This document shows positions 37,126-46,130 of a stretch of DNA of 64,000 bases, piece after piece. Numbering within the stretch: position 1 is the stretch's first letter; every line of letters starts with the position of its first letter. Source of the DNA: an uncultured Latescibacterota bacterium (GTDB lineage Bacteria; Latescibacterota; UBA2968); NCBI GenBank assembly GCA_958295785.1, contig OY282377.1, positions 198,394 through 262,393 of the forward strand, written 5' to 3'. A model generated the notes under the pieces. That model had not been told where the DNA came from and ran no database searches. It saw only the letters and a program-made list of their open reading frames with translations. Position numbers and translations under genes: made by a program.

Positions 37126-38223
37126 CTATCTGCGGGCCAAGCCACGCAACTCCTCAGCCAACCGGTTGAAATGGCGTCCGCCGCGGAAGAACTCGCCGCG
37201 TTGCTTGGCACCGGCGCAAAGCCGCCGGTACAGGGCCGGGTCGTCAATCAGCCGCTGGATCGCCGCCTTCAACTCCGGGACGGAGCGAGGCGCCACCAGC
37301 AACCCGCTTTTTTCGTGTTCCACCTGCTCGGGGACTCCGCCTATCGAGGTTGCGATAACCGGCACGCCGCACTGGAAGGCTTCTATAATGACTCCCGGGG
37401 TACCCTCGCTTCTCATGTAGCTGAGGAACAGCAGCAGGTCGTGTTCGGCGAGGACGCGGCGCGCCTCCTCCGGCTCCAGCGCCCCGCCGTAGGTCGCCCT
37501 GGGGTGGCGGTCGAACAGGGAAAAGTCGGTGTTGGGCATACGGGGTCCAAACACTTGGAGATGGCAGTCCTGGGGCAGGGAACGGCACGCCTCCAGTGCC
37601 TCGGCCAGCCCCTTTTCCTTCCTGAGTTGCCCCATGAAGATCAGTCTGCGGACTCTGTCCCGGTCTCGCCTAGTTTCCGCGGGGATGATGTCCCTGGTGT
37701 TGGCAAGCCAGCGGAAGTTGTCCCGGTTGCTGAACTTCCGGGGCGTCCACCTTTCCTCATACACCAGCGAGGCCCGGAGACACGTCCGATCCATCAGCCA
37801 GCGGCGCGCCGGCCCATAACGATGGTAGGTGAAGTAGAGGCTGTCCCCGAAGAATCGCAGCGCCAGGGGGCGGCGCAGTGCCCGGCACAGGGCCCAGATC
37901 GTGGACGACGCCGACAGTGCCGAATAGGCCGACATGTGAAGGAATACCAGGTCGGAGCGCCGGGCCCGTCGCAGGACTGTCCAGGCCACCCGCGCGAAGG
38001 TGAGAAACTCGTAACTCAGAATTTTCCAAAGGGGCAGATTGGGCCTCGGCCTGGCCGTGTTGATGACGTCAAGGTCAAAGCCTCGCAGGTCTAACTCTCG
38101 GACCGCTTCCGCAAACGTCATCCTAGACCCGCCGATGGGTTCGCCCAGGGACGCCGACTTGGCGGGCAACGGGCCTATGAGCAACAGCCTTACCCTTCCT
38201 TTTTTTTTCTCTTCCAGGCTCAA
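37126..38223 (-). CDS. glycosyltransferase family 4 (GT-B)
   Basis: C-terminal SEGTPGVIIEAFQCGVPVIATSIGGVPEQVEHEKSGLLV (E-x7-E region). Confidence 0.85.
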   Translation of the reverse strand: MSLEEKKKGRVRLLLIGPLPAKSASLGEPIGGSRMTFAEAVRELDLRGFDLDVINTARPRPNLPLWKILSYEFLTFARVAWTVLRRARRSDLVFLHMSAYSALSASSTIWALCRALRRPLALRFFGDSLYFTYHRYGPARRWLMDRTCLRASLVYEERWTPRKFSNRDNFRWLANTRDIIPAETRRDRDRVRRLIFMGQLRKEKGLAEALEACRSLPQDCHLQVFGPRMPNTDFSLFDRHPRATYGGALEPEEARRVLAEHDLLLFLSYMRSEGTPGVIIEAFQCGVPVIATSIGGVPEQVEHEKSGLLVAPRSVPELKAAIQRLIDDPALYRRLCAGAKQRGEFFRGGRHFNRLAEELRGLARR

Positions 38224-39149
38224 CCGTCTTCCTCCGGGCTCTGACCCATTTCTCTGCGCGCCCTCGTGCGTCCGTCCAGAAATTCGAGGCCGCCCGCGTA
38301 ATTGACCGTGTGCGTGCCCCGGTTGCCGGGCAGCGCAGAGCCGTCAATGCGTCCGATGGGGGTTTCGGCATAGGAATGCTCGTTCAGCGCATCCACCCGG
38401 TTGAGGACTACCGCCCGTCCGTAACGTCCGCTACAATCCTGCGCCGGGCGAATCAGGCAACCCTCCCGGAAAAACAGCCGGCCCGCCGGCCGTGCCCGGC
38501 GGCGGTCGGATACCACCGGATTTGCCGGGTGTGGCCGCCATGCGCTGTCCAGGGCATCGGCCACATAGATGTGCAGTTCGTCATTGGCTCGCGCCCTCAC
38601 CTCGCTCACCGTGCCGAACAGCCACAGTTTCCCGTCCTGCCGGTGCAGGGTCGGGTCGCTCATGCTCACGCTGTCCAGTAGCGTCCGTTCTCGGCTCCAA
38701 TCGTCGGGGAACCGGCGGCAGCGCCACAGGTCAACCCGATTCTCGTCCCAAGTATCGGGAATCAGATAAAGCTGGCCTCGATGCTCGAAGACAAAGGGGT
38801 AGGAGAGATGGTAGGGACACTCCAACGCGGTGGTGACTTCGCCCAGGTCGCCGTCGGCGGACACCGGGGCGCAGGATATGACGGCTTTCTTTGTCGCGAA
38901 AGAGTAATCCTCAAAGAACACCCAAACCTTGGAGTCAACAACTATGGGAACGGGGTCGGCCCAGAAACGACCGGGCGGAGCGTGATACACTTTCATCTGC
39001 ACCGCGGGCGCCTCTCCGGTCATTACGGAATCGATCAGGGGCCGGCCGGCGTTCACGACCAGGAACCACTGCTCGTCGCCGAAAAGTCGTCGATAGACTT
39101 TCTTGGCAGGTCGGGGTAAACAGCGGGTCAGAAAACGCAACATGTCCAT
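38220..39149 (-). CDS. hypothetical protein of the glycan cluster (possibly GH43-like five-bladed propeller fold)
   Basis: The ORF is coupled to its neighbours by overlaps. FWADPVPIVVDSKVWVFFEDY...YPFVFEHRGQLYLIPD pattern. Family assignment is tentative. I place the start at MDMLRF (39149). Confidence 0.45.
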   Translation of the reverse strand: MDMLRFLTRCLPRPAKKVYRRLFGDEQWFLVVNAGRPLIDSVMTGEAPAVQMKVYHAPPGRFWADPVPIVVDSKVWVFFEDYSFATKKAVISCAPVSADGDLGEVTTALECPYHLSYPFVFEHRGQLYLIPDTWDENRVDLWRCRRFPDDWSRERTLLDSVSMSDPTLHRQDGKLWLFGTVSEVRARANDELHIYVADALDSAWRPHPANPVVSDRRRARPAGRLFFREGCLIRPAQDCSGRYGRAVVLNRVDALNEHSYAETPIGRIDGSALPGNRGTHTVNYAGGLEFLDGRTRARREMGQSPEEDG

Positions 39150-39187
39150 AAAAGTAACTTGGAAACAACAGCAGGGCACTGCCGGGG

Positions 39188-40810
39188 CTAGCACCGGGAG
39201 AAGACCAGTTTCAGCTCATTCAAATACCACGTCGCGCGGGTGAGGAGGAACTGCCGTGCCATCTGCTTCGTGCGATGGAAGTCGCGCTGGCGCAGCATCC
39301 GGGCTACTCGGTGCCACCGGCCGCGGCGGTTCTTGCGCCCGACAACCGAGGCCGCCTCGCGGACCAGTTCCTTGAAACGCTCCGGCGGAATGAAGGCGGT
39401 GAAGCAGTTTTCCGGGCTCTGATGGTTGTGAATCGTGATGTCAAAGTCGTCGTCCACCACTCCCAGATCCTTGCACACCTGGAACAACTCGGAACCCGGA
39501 TAGGGGGTGAAAATACTCAGCATGATGTTATCGGCGTTGATCTTCTCGATGGCCGTCAGCGTGTCTTGCAACGTCTCTTCCGTTTCCTCCGGGAAACCAA
39601 CCATGAAGAAGGCGCCGACTTCAATGCCCGCCTGCCGGCAGAGGTCCACCGCGGGATACGCCTTCTCGATGGTGTGCCCCTTCTTCACGCTGCGAAGTAT
39701 CTGGTTGTTGCCCGACTCGATACCGATGTTGACCCGCACGCAACCAGAACGGCGCATGTGTTTGACCGACTGCTCCTTGACGACGCCGACCGTTATCTCG
39801 CAACCCCACTTGAGGCCGGGGCACTCGGTTTCAATTAGGCCGCACAGTTCCTCGATATAACGCGGGTGTATGCCGAATGTGTCATCGTCGAAATAGACAT
39901 ATCTGACGCCCCGTTCCATCAGCAACTTGAGCTCTCGCACGACGTTATCGGGTGAGCGCCAGCGGGTCCTTTGCGTCCAGATGGCTTTGGACTCGCAGAA
40001 GGTGCAACTGTAAGGGCAACCGCGCGCTGAGAAGACGTAGCCGAAGGCTTCGGCGGGATAGCTCTCGTAGTCCCGCAGCACCCGCGGCGCGGCTTCCGCC
40101 GGAAAAGGCAACTCGTCCAGGTCGGGCATGTTGGTGCGCGACGGCGTGAACACCTTGCGGCCGTCCTGACGGTAGGCCAGCCCCGCCACATCACTCAGCG
40201 GGGCGCCGCTTTGCCGAGCCTGGAGCAGCTCGACCAGCGTCATCTCTCCTTCGCCCAACACCGCCACGTCGATATCCGGGCAATCCAGCGCGGTCGTAGT
40301 GGACAAGGTGGCATGGGGGCCGCCCAAAACGACCAGCGTGTCGGGATTATGCTCCTTGACGATTCGCGCAATCTTCATGGCGGACGGGAAGTTCTGGGTC
40401 TTGGAGCTTATGCCAACGACACCCGGATTGAACTCCGTTATGGCCGACCGTATTTCTGCCCAGATAGGGGCCGTCGGGTCTTCCAACGTCCGCAGGTAAC
40501 GCTCCATTCCTTCTTTGATGCGGGTCACGTTGTCAATGGTGATAGCTTTCTTCTTCGGGTTGAAATCAGCGTTGTAGGCCTGGACTTCCCAATCCGTCCA
40601 CTTCAAGACCGCCCCGGAGAGATAGCCAAGCGCCAGGGGGAATTTCACCAGCGAGGCATTGTCGTGGTAGAGGCGCTTGAAAGGCGGATCGATGATCATA
40701 ATCCGCTTGCGGCGGGCAGGAGCAGGCGATGCTTCGGATCGCTCCATTTCCGTAATCTCCCGTGTCAAATAGGTCATGTCATATCCTCCAGGGCGGTCTG
40801 CCGTGGTCAT
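39188..40810 (-). CDS. B12-binding-domain radical SAM protein (class B type)
   Basis: N-terminal Rossmann-like IMIIDPPF...VVLGGPHAT, followed by ARGCPYSCTFCES (CxxxCxxC). Confidence 0.8.
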   Translation of the reverse strand: MTTADRPGGYDMTYLTREITEMERSEASPAPARRKRIMIIDPPFKRLYHDNASLVKFPLALGYLSGAVLKWTDWEVQAYNADFNPKKKAITIDNVTRIKEGMERYLRTLEDPTAPIWAEIRSAITEFNPGVVGISSKTQNFPSAMKIARIVKEHNPDTLVVLGGPHATLSTTTALDCPDIDVAVLGEGEMTLVELLQARQSGAPLSDVAGLAYRQDGRKVFTPSRTNMPDLDELPFPAEAAPRVLRDYESYPAEAFGYVFSARGCPYSCTFCESKAIWTQRTRWRSPDNVVRELKLLMERGVRYVYFDDDTFGIHPRYIEELCGLIETECPGLKWGCEITVGVVKEQSVKHMRRSGCVRVNIGIESGNNQILRSVKKGHTIEKAYPAVDLCRQAGIEVGAFFMVGFPEETEETLQDTLTAIEKINADNIMLSIFTPYPGSELFQVCKDLGVVDDDFDITIHNHQSPENCFTAFIPPERFKELVREAASVVGRKNRRGRWHRVARMLRQRDFHRTKQMARQFLLTRATWYLNELKLVFSRC

Positions 40811-41715
40811 TCCCTCGCCAAGAGGGCCAGACTGGTGAGCTTCGACCCGTCGGGTTGCGTCGGCCAGGGCAACGTGCCCAAGGGCAAGGCAACCAAGTGG
40901 GCACCTTCCCGGCGCAGACGGCGCACGGCGAGGTAGGAGTCGGAGTTAACGCGCTCATCCGTCCCCAGGGGTTTCCCGCCCGGAAAGTAGGAATGGAGCA
41001 ACAGTTGTCCGCCCGGGCGCAGTGCCCTGATTGCCAGCGCGATGTCCCGGTAGGCGATGTCCGCGGTGGGGGCGTGATCCAGGAGGATGAAATCGAACTC
41101 CATTTCGCGCCCGTTCAGATAGTCCGTGGACCGGGCGATGGAAAATTCGACCATATCGGCACAGTCCAGCCGGGCCAGCATCTCTCGGGGCGGAGTGGAG
41201 ATGCGGTATCGTTTCGCCTCGGCGGTAGCGGGATTGTTGACGTCAAACAAGTCCACGGTGACCAGACGGGGCGGGCGGCCTGCATTCCGGTACTCCCGCA
41301 TCGCCATGGCGGCGTGCAAGGTGGATGCGCCGCGGCAGGTGCCGATTTCCAGAACGGAGCGCGGTTGAAAATGGCGAATCAGGTGGTAGATCGCCCGGCC
41401 GCTTTCGGGATCGATGGCGTGACTTCTCGGCACGTATTCGAAGATTTCATTGATCGAGGTTTTCGCCTTTTCCCAGCCGTCGGCTATGCCGTCGCCGCAC
41501 AGCATATCCGAGAATGAAACCTCCGCCGCCCTGGGAAGCGGGGCAACGTCCACCGCCATCACAGGCGCCCGGTTGAGCCGCCGGGTATGGATCACCCGGC
41601 GGAGCGCACTATGCACCCGCGCAGGGAGGATGTTGCGGACCAGCCTTTTCAATATTCTCATATCTACGCGGGGAGTCGCCGCTGGGTTGACAGTTGCTTC
41701 CTTGAGAGTAGTCAT
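40807..41715 (-). CDS. class I SAM-dependent methyltransferase
   Basis: VLEIGTCRGASTL motif I, FDFILLDH, and LLLHSYFPGG. The stop overlaps the rSAM start (ATGA). Confidence 0.7.
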   Translation of the reverse strand: MTTLKEATVNPAATPRVDMRILKRLVRNILPARVHSALRRVIHTRRLNRAPVMAVDVAPLPRAAEVSFSDMLCGDGIADGWEKAKTSINEIFEYVPRSHAIDPESGRAIYHLIRHFQPRSVLEIGTCRGASTLHAAMAMREYRNAGRPPRLVTVDLFDVNNPATAEAKRYRISTPPREMLARLDCADMVEFSIARSTDYLNGREMEFDFILLDHAPTADIAYRDIALAIRALRPGGQLLLHSYFPGGKPLGTDERVNSDSYLAVRRLRREGAHLVALPLGTLPWPTQPDGSKLTSLALLARE

Positions 41716-41898
41716 TATAGCTCATCGTCTCTGCCGGATGGCGTTTGGTGTTAGACCAAGCACCGCCGTGGGCACGCCACAGCCATCAGGCCAACTCCTT
41801 GGAACGCGAACATCCCAGCGCGGCGGCCTCCATACGCGAGGGGCTCGAAGAAACCCTCACCGTCGTGCGCCTGGGCCTCACTGGCACCTTGCAGCGTA

Positions 41899-41926
41899 CA
41901 ATTGATTTTTCGCGCCAGATGTGATC
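41899..41926. repeat. interspersed repeat, core-only copy C
   Basis: caattgatttttcgcgccagatgtgatc matches the core of 4325-4379 and 44265-44318. Confidence 0.5.
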
Positions 41927-42011
41927 TTGATGTCAAGAAACAAAATTTTAGCTTGCCGTAATTCAAAACCCGCTTACCGAGTTCCATATCTGCCCTCAAA
42001 ATTTCTTCTCG

Positions 42012-42407
42012 TTAAGCAACCGCTACGTTTTGCGAACGAACCAAAAGCGCATAAGGGAGCTCAAATCCCGCTACATTGGCGTCATAGATTGTTTCCATCG
42101 CATCCTGTTTTACTCGCATAGAGGCATTGACGAAACGCACAAATGGATCTTGCGTTTTTAGAACCGTGACTCGAGAAAGGGGGCGCCAAAAAGATTCATC
42201 GCCGTGTTCCCGAACAAGCTCTGTCATTTCCTTTATTGCCTCAGAGCGGGAGAGCTTGTCGAGTTCTTTGGTGCTGACGATCAAGTGCCATGGTTGTTCA
42301 AAGCCAGGCCCTAATGTATTGAGCATAAAAAGTGCCACAGGCCCGCGTTTATCGCCCAGCTTCTCAAGAAGCGTGCGAAGTTGATTCACCAGTATTTCTT
42401 GATCCAT
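42012..42407 (-). CDS. hypothetical protein, downstream partner of HEPN gene
   Basis: 131-aa ORF whose start overlaps the HEPN gene 3' end by 22 nt. No motif recognised, and no GSx..DxD nucleotidyltransferase signature. Confidence 0.5.
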   Translation of the reverse strand: MDQEILVNQLRTLLEKLGDKRGPVALFMLNTLGPGFEQPWHLIVSTKELDKLSRSEAIKEMTELVREHGDESFWRPLSRVTVLKTQDPFVRFVNASMRVKQDAMETIYDANVAGFELPYALLVRSQNVAVA

Positions 42408-42805
42408 TGAAAAACCCCATCTGTTTTATCTCTGATTGCATCCAACATATCAATCGCATCCTGTTGGGAATAGGTGCCCTTTGCGGCGTATCGCCACTGA
42501 GGCCCCCACGGAACCGCTGTTGACCAGTTATTGAACAAAATTTGATTGCTGGAAACCAATTTTGGCTTAAGACCTGCAAGAAGGAGCAGTTGATCAAGGT
42601 CGTGTACAGCATAGACAGGTTTTAATTTGCCTTGATCCGGGTAATCAGTCAACCCCAATAACTTGCAGATTCTCGCCTTTAATGCGAGTTCCACAGCATA
42701 TCCTGCAAGATAGACAGCACCATCATACTGGCCTGCATTGTACAAAGTTTCTGCCTCCTGTAATCGGAGAGAGGCCAATTCTTTCAATTCACTGCGTGTC
42801 GGCAC
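42386..42805 (-). CDS. HEPN domain protein
   Basis: LRLQEAETLYNAGQYDGAVYLAGYAVELALKARICKLLG...VHDLDQLL...WRYAAKGTY...DAIDMLDAI matches the HEPN helical-bundle pattern. Confidence 0.7.
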   Translation of the reverse strand: MPTRSELKELASLRLQEAETLYNAGQYDGAVYLAGYAVELALKARICKLLGLTDYPDQGKLKPVYAVHDLDQLLLLAGLKPKLVSSNQILFNNWSTAVPWGPQWRYAAKGTYSQQDAIDMLDAIRDKTDGVFQWIKKYW

Positions 42806-42844
42806 TTTGTCCCCTCGATTACACCTTTATGAACTTGTACAGAT

Positions 42845-42925
42845 ATGAGCAAGAGGCAGGGCATACACGCGCCACTTGTATCTTCGGGCGAGCACAGGGG
42901 CCACCCCCCTACGGTCTCATGTCTC
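42845..42925. repeat. interspersed repeat copy (partial), followed at about 42938-42968 by an inverted copy of the GTCAGTGGTCGGTG motif
   Basis: gaggcagggcatacacgcgccacttgtatcttcgggcgagcacaggggcc aligns with 44312-44362 and, in its right half, with 47838-47880. Confidence 0.55.
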
Positions 42926-42967
42926 AATTTTGGGGCGGATGGGTGGGGACTGATCACCGACCACTGA

Positions 42968-43834
42968 CTATTGAGGTACTGGAAAATCCGCCTTGCCATA
43001 AACAACGCGATGGAACACCTCCCAGAAGGACTCGCCTTCGCACCGAATGGTACAATCATCCACGCGCTCGACCCCTTCGCGGGCGGAAAGACGACCCGGA
43101 TCGGGGTGCGTGACCTCCATCACCACATCGCCTTGGGCGACGAGCGGCGCGATATTTTCGGCAACGGCTATCGCTTCTATCACGCGATTGTGAATGAGCG
43201 TGCGCGCATCTATGGGTGTCAGATGAATGGCACACAATTCGCCCAGGCCCTCTTTCACGGGGGCGGTGACGATGCCATCAACCCATTGCTCGGATTCGGT
43301 ACAGGCGTGCAAATCGCCCGACGTAAAAACCCACGGAATGTCCAGATGACCGCACAAATACGCCGCCATCTCCATTTCGCCCACTTCCGCGCCATTCACG
43401 CGATAGACCGTGTCGCGGCTCATCGAATGCGCGAGGCAACCATTGGGCGTGCCGGTCATGGCGTGCATGCCCACTTGGAGCAACGCGTCGCATTGCGGCG
43501 ACAACCCCGGCAACCAGCACGGGCGGTTGACCCCTTGCACCAATTTTACAGAAAACGGATGCGCGCCCGAAATCGAAATCAAATCTTCTGATAAAATCGT
43601 GCGCCCCGCGCCGTGGGCGTCATTGACGATCACTTCTTCTACCCCTGCGCGATACAACCCTCTGATCGCGGCGTTCACCTCGCCCGTCAACAGCCGTTGC
43701 ATCTCGGCGCGATCATACACGCCTTTTGCCGTTGTCGCATCCTCGCGGTGCCTCGGATCCCAGTCATCGACCCCGGCCACGCCTTCCAAATCGGTCATCA
43801 TATACACGGATTTGATGGCGTTATTTTCCGCCAT
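42968..43834 (-). CDS. M55-family D-aminopeptidase (DppA-like)
   Basis: SVYMMTDLEGVAGV and VIVNDAHGAG motifs. The tracked ORF extends to 43939, so the start is uncertain. Confidence 0.7.
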   Translation of the reverse strand: MAENNAIKSVYMMTDLEGVAGVDDWDPRHREDATTAKGVYDRAEMQRLLTGEVNAAIRGLYRAGVEEVIVNDAHGAGRTILSEDLISISGAHPFSVKLVQGVNRPCWLPGLSPQCDALLQVGMHAMTGTPNGCLAHSMSRDTVYRVNGAEVGEMEMAAYLCGHLDIPWVFTSGDLHACTESEQWVDGIVTAPVKEGLGELCAIHLTPIDARTLIHNRVIEAIAVAENIAPLVAQGDVVMEVTHPDPGRLSAREGVERVDDCTIRCEGESFWEVFHRVVYGKADFPVPQ

Positions 43835-43950
43835 TGTGACGGGGCTTTTTTCTTTGTAATCAGCTATAGTATAGACGGATTTCAGGGGCATGGGATTCTC
43901 CTTTTGCATTTCGCCCGCGAAATAAAGTCGCTTCAGCACATGCCTTGATC

Positions 43951-44247
43951 TTACCCGAAGGCGGCCTTGAAGGCCTTCACGAGGTTGGACGCAGTCATCA
44001 CATACAACCCCAGAATGATCACAATAACGGGAATGGCAACCGGTCTCGGCGCCAGGCCTTGGTGCTTCAGCACGTACAAAGACACCAGCAAAAAGGGCAA
44101 CACCACGCAGAACGCATCCAAGTAAAACGCCGTGCGCGCGTCAAACGCGGTGTACAACCAACCCGCTGTCGGCAACCCCGCGGCTATGATAACCACGAGG
44201 AGCACCAAAGAGACGTAAAATTTATTCATGTGACAACTCCTTGTCAT
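43951..44247 (-). CDS. small membrane protein (3 predicted TM helices)
   Basis: 98 aa, MNKFYVSLVLLVVIIAAGLPTAGWLY... AAGGAG lies 7 nt upstream of the ATG. Confidence 0.55.
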   Translation of the reverse strand: MTRSCHMNKFYVSLVLLVVIIAAGLPTAGWLYTAFDARTAFYLDAFCVVLPFLLVSLYVLKHQGLAPRPVAIPVIVIILGLYVMTASNLVKAFKAAFG

Positions 44248-44264
44248 GAGAACAACTGAACTGC

Positions 44265-44362
44265 TCCGGATTTTCCAGAGATTGATTTTTTGCGCCAGAT
44301 GTAACCGCTACACGAGACAGGTCATACACTCGCCACTAGTATCTTCGGACGGTCACGGGGCC
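44265..44362. repeat. interspersed intergenic repeat, longest copy (about 100 bp)
   Basis: The left half aligns with 4325-4379. The right half aligns with 42861-42925 and 47838-47880. Confidence 0.6.
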
Positions 44363-44384
44363 TGTCAACTGCCAACGGCCTTCC

Positions 44385-45956
44385 TCACATCCCCCAAATA
44401 TCGATCTCGACATCACTCTCCGACGCTCGGCGATCCCGAAACACCTTGTCCGCCCAACGCCGGCCCTCGCGCCGATCAAAAATCACCAGATGACCCGCCT
44501 CTGCATCGCAACGATCCATGTACTCGGCGGTCTGTGCCAAACCCTCGGCGAGGGTCTGCTCCAAGCTTCTGTGAAGCACTTTGCACTCGATCACGAATTT
44601 GCGCGTCCGCTCCCCCTGCGGCCAGACGATGAGCAGGTCGGTTCGCATCTTGCCCAGGCCATACTCGCGTTCAATGCGTCCGCCGCTGTTCACGATGCGC
44701 TGCAAAAACGCTTGAAGCAAAAGTTGCGGCCCGGCTTCTCGATATGCGAATCGCTTCACCCAATGCTCTGAGTGTTCGCGGAAGAACGTTTGGAACGCGG
44801 TCAGCAACTCGACCACATCCAAACTGCCATCCGCATGGACATACCAAGCTGTTTCCTGATCGAACTCCTCTTGAATCACCCAGGTCAATTCGCGCGGCAC
44901 GACTTCGGCGTAAATCGGATTGGCGATGCGGAGCGGACGATCTTGAGCCACGAGACCGAGATCCCGCACATACTCCAAATCGCGATCCGTGAAGTGGCGT
45001 TCCTCGCCCCCGCTCAAGAGGGGCTCGACAATGCGCCGCACGCGCTCCTCTTTGAGTTTGTCGGTCAACTGCTCCAAATGCGTTTCGCGGCGCAGGATGA
45101 GTTGCTCTTTCGCCTCGATGATGGCAGAAGCAGTGACCGAATCGCGCCGATCCGCGGCCCCATCGCGGAAACAGGTTTGATCCGCCAAAGCGTTGACCAG
45201 CCACGGCTGACCTTGGGTCTGTGTCCAGATCATCTCCAATGCCTCGGACGTGAATGCCTGACCCGTCTCTTCAGTGTGTTGCCAGAGCAGAGCACGCACC
45301 TCATCTTGCGAGAAGTCGCCCAGACGCAACGATTGCGCTTTGATGTTGAACGGACTGCCCCCAGCGATGAAGGCGTTGGTCGAACTCGAATGGATGCGGT
45401 CATCGCGCACATCGCGCACACCGCACAGCACCACGCTTTGCGGAAACCCCTCCGGACGCATGTCGTAGCCGGCACGCAACTGACGCAACACGGATAGGAG
45501 CGAGTCGCCGATCAAGGCGTCAATTTCGTCAATGAGCAACACCAGCGGTTTCAGAGCCGCCTCGGCCCAGCGCGTCAACGCTTCTTGTAGTGCAGCGTGG
45601 GGACCGTACTTGATCAGGATGTCGAGCCAAACCTCGTCCAGAAATTCGTCGCCTATTGAACGCGCCCGAGACGCCAAGGTGCCCAGAATGGTGCGCGTCA
45701 CTTGTTCCACATCTTCGCGTGCGGCCTGTCCACCTTCAACATTGACGTACACGCAACGGTAGATGCCCTCGGCGTTGAGCAGGTCGCGCAGAGCTAACAA
45801 TGCAGAGGTCTTGCCCGTTTGCCGAGGCGCGTGCAGGACGAAGTACTTCTCGTCCCGGATCAGGGCGAGTACATCGTCTATGTCCAAGCGTTCTAACGGC
45901 GGGATGCAGTAGTGTTTGCCCGGCTTGATGGGACCGGCAGTGTTGAAGAAGCGCAT
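44385..45956 (-). CDS. AAA-ATPase-like / C-terminal PD-(D/E)xK fusion protein, tandem copy 1
   Basis: MRFFNTAGPIKP...FVLHAPRQTGKTS (Walker A), LVLLIDEIDAL (Walker B), and C-terminal MRTDLLIVWPQGERTRKFVIECK (D...E-x-K). Confidence 0.85.
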   Translation of the reverse strand: MRFFNTAGPIKPGKHYCIPPLERLDIDDVLALIRDEKYFVLHAPRQTGKTSALLALRDLLNAEGIYRCVYVNVEGGQAAREDVEQVTRTILGTLASRARSIGDEFLDEVWLDILIKYGPHAALQEALTRWAEAALKPLVLLIDEIDALIGDSLLSVLRQLRAGYDMRPEGFPQSVVLCGVRDVRDDRIHSSSTNAFIAGGSPFNIKAQSLRLGDFSQDEVRALLWQHTEETGQAFTSEALEMIWTQTQGQPWLVNALADQTCFRDGAADRRDSVTASAIIEAKEQLILRRETHLEQLTDKLKEERVRRIVEPLLSGGEERHFTDRDLEYVRDLGLVAQDRPLRIANPIYAEVVPRELTWVIQEEFDQETAWYVHADGSLDVVELLTAFQTFFREHSEHWVKRFAYREAGPQLLLQAFLQRIVNSGGRIEREYGLGKMRTDLLIVWPQGERTRKFVIECKVLHRSLEQTLAEGLAQTAEYMDRCDAEAGHLVIFDRREGRRWADKVFRDRRASESDVEIDIWGM

Positions 45957-46130
45957 AGTGTAATCTCCGGGTCAGTGGTCGGTGGTCAGTGGCCTGTCCG
46001 TTCATCCCCACCGCCAGGTAAAAGGACAGGCGCGGGGTCTATCCCTAAGGCGGATGGCCGCGAGGGAGACCGAGCACTAACCGCTGACTTTTATCCGCTT
46101 GGGCGTTGGACAGCCGAACAACGGCCTTTC

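Noticed and set aside
39188-40810. Radical SAM gene as the anaerobic sulfatase-maturating enzyme for the two Cys-type sulfatases
   Set aside because: It has an N-terminal B12-binding-like domain, and I see no C-terminal SPASM-type extra cysteine clusters. It is embedded in, and translationally coupled to, the glycan cluster rather than the sulfatase genes.
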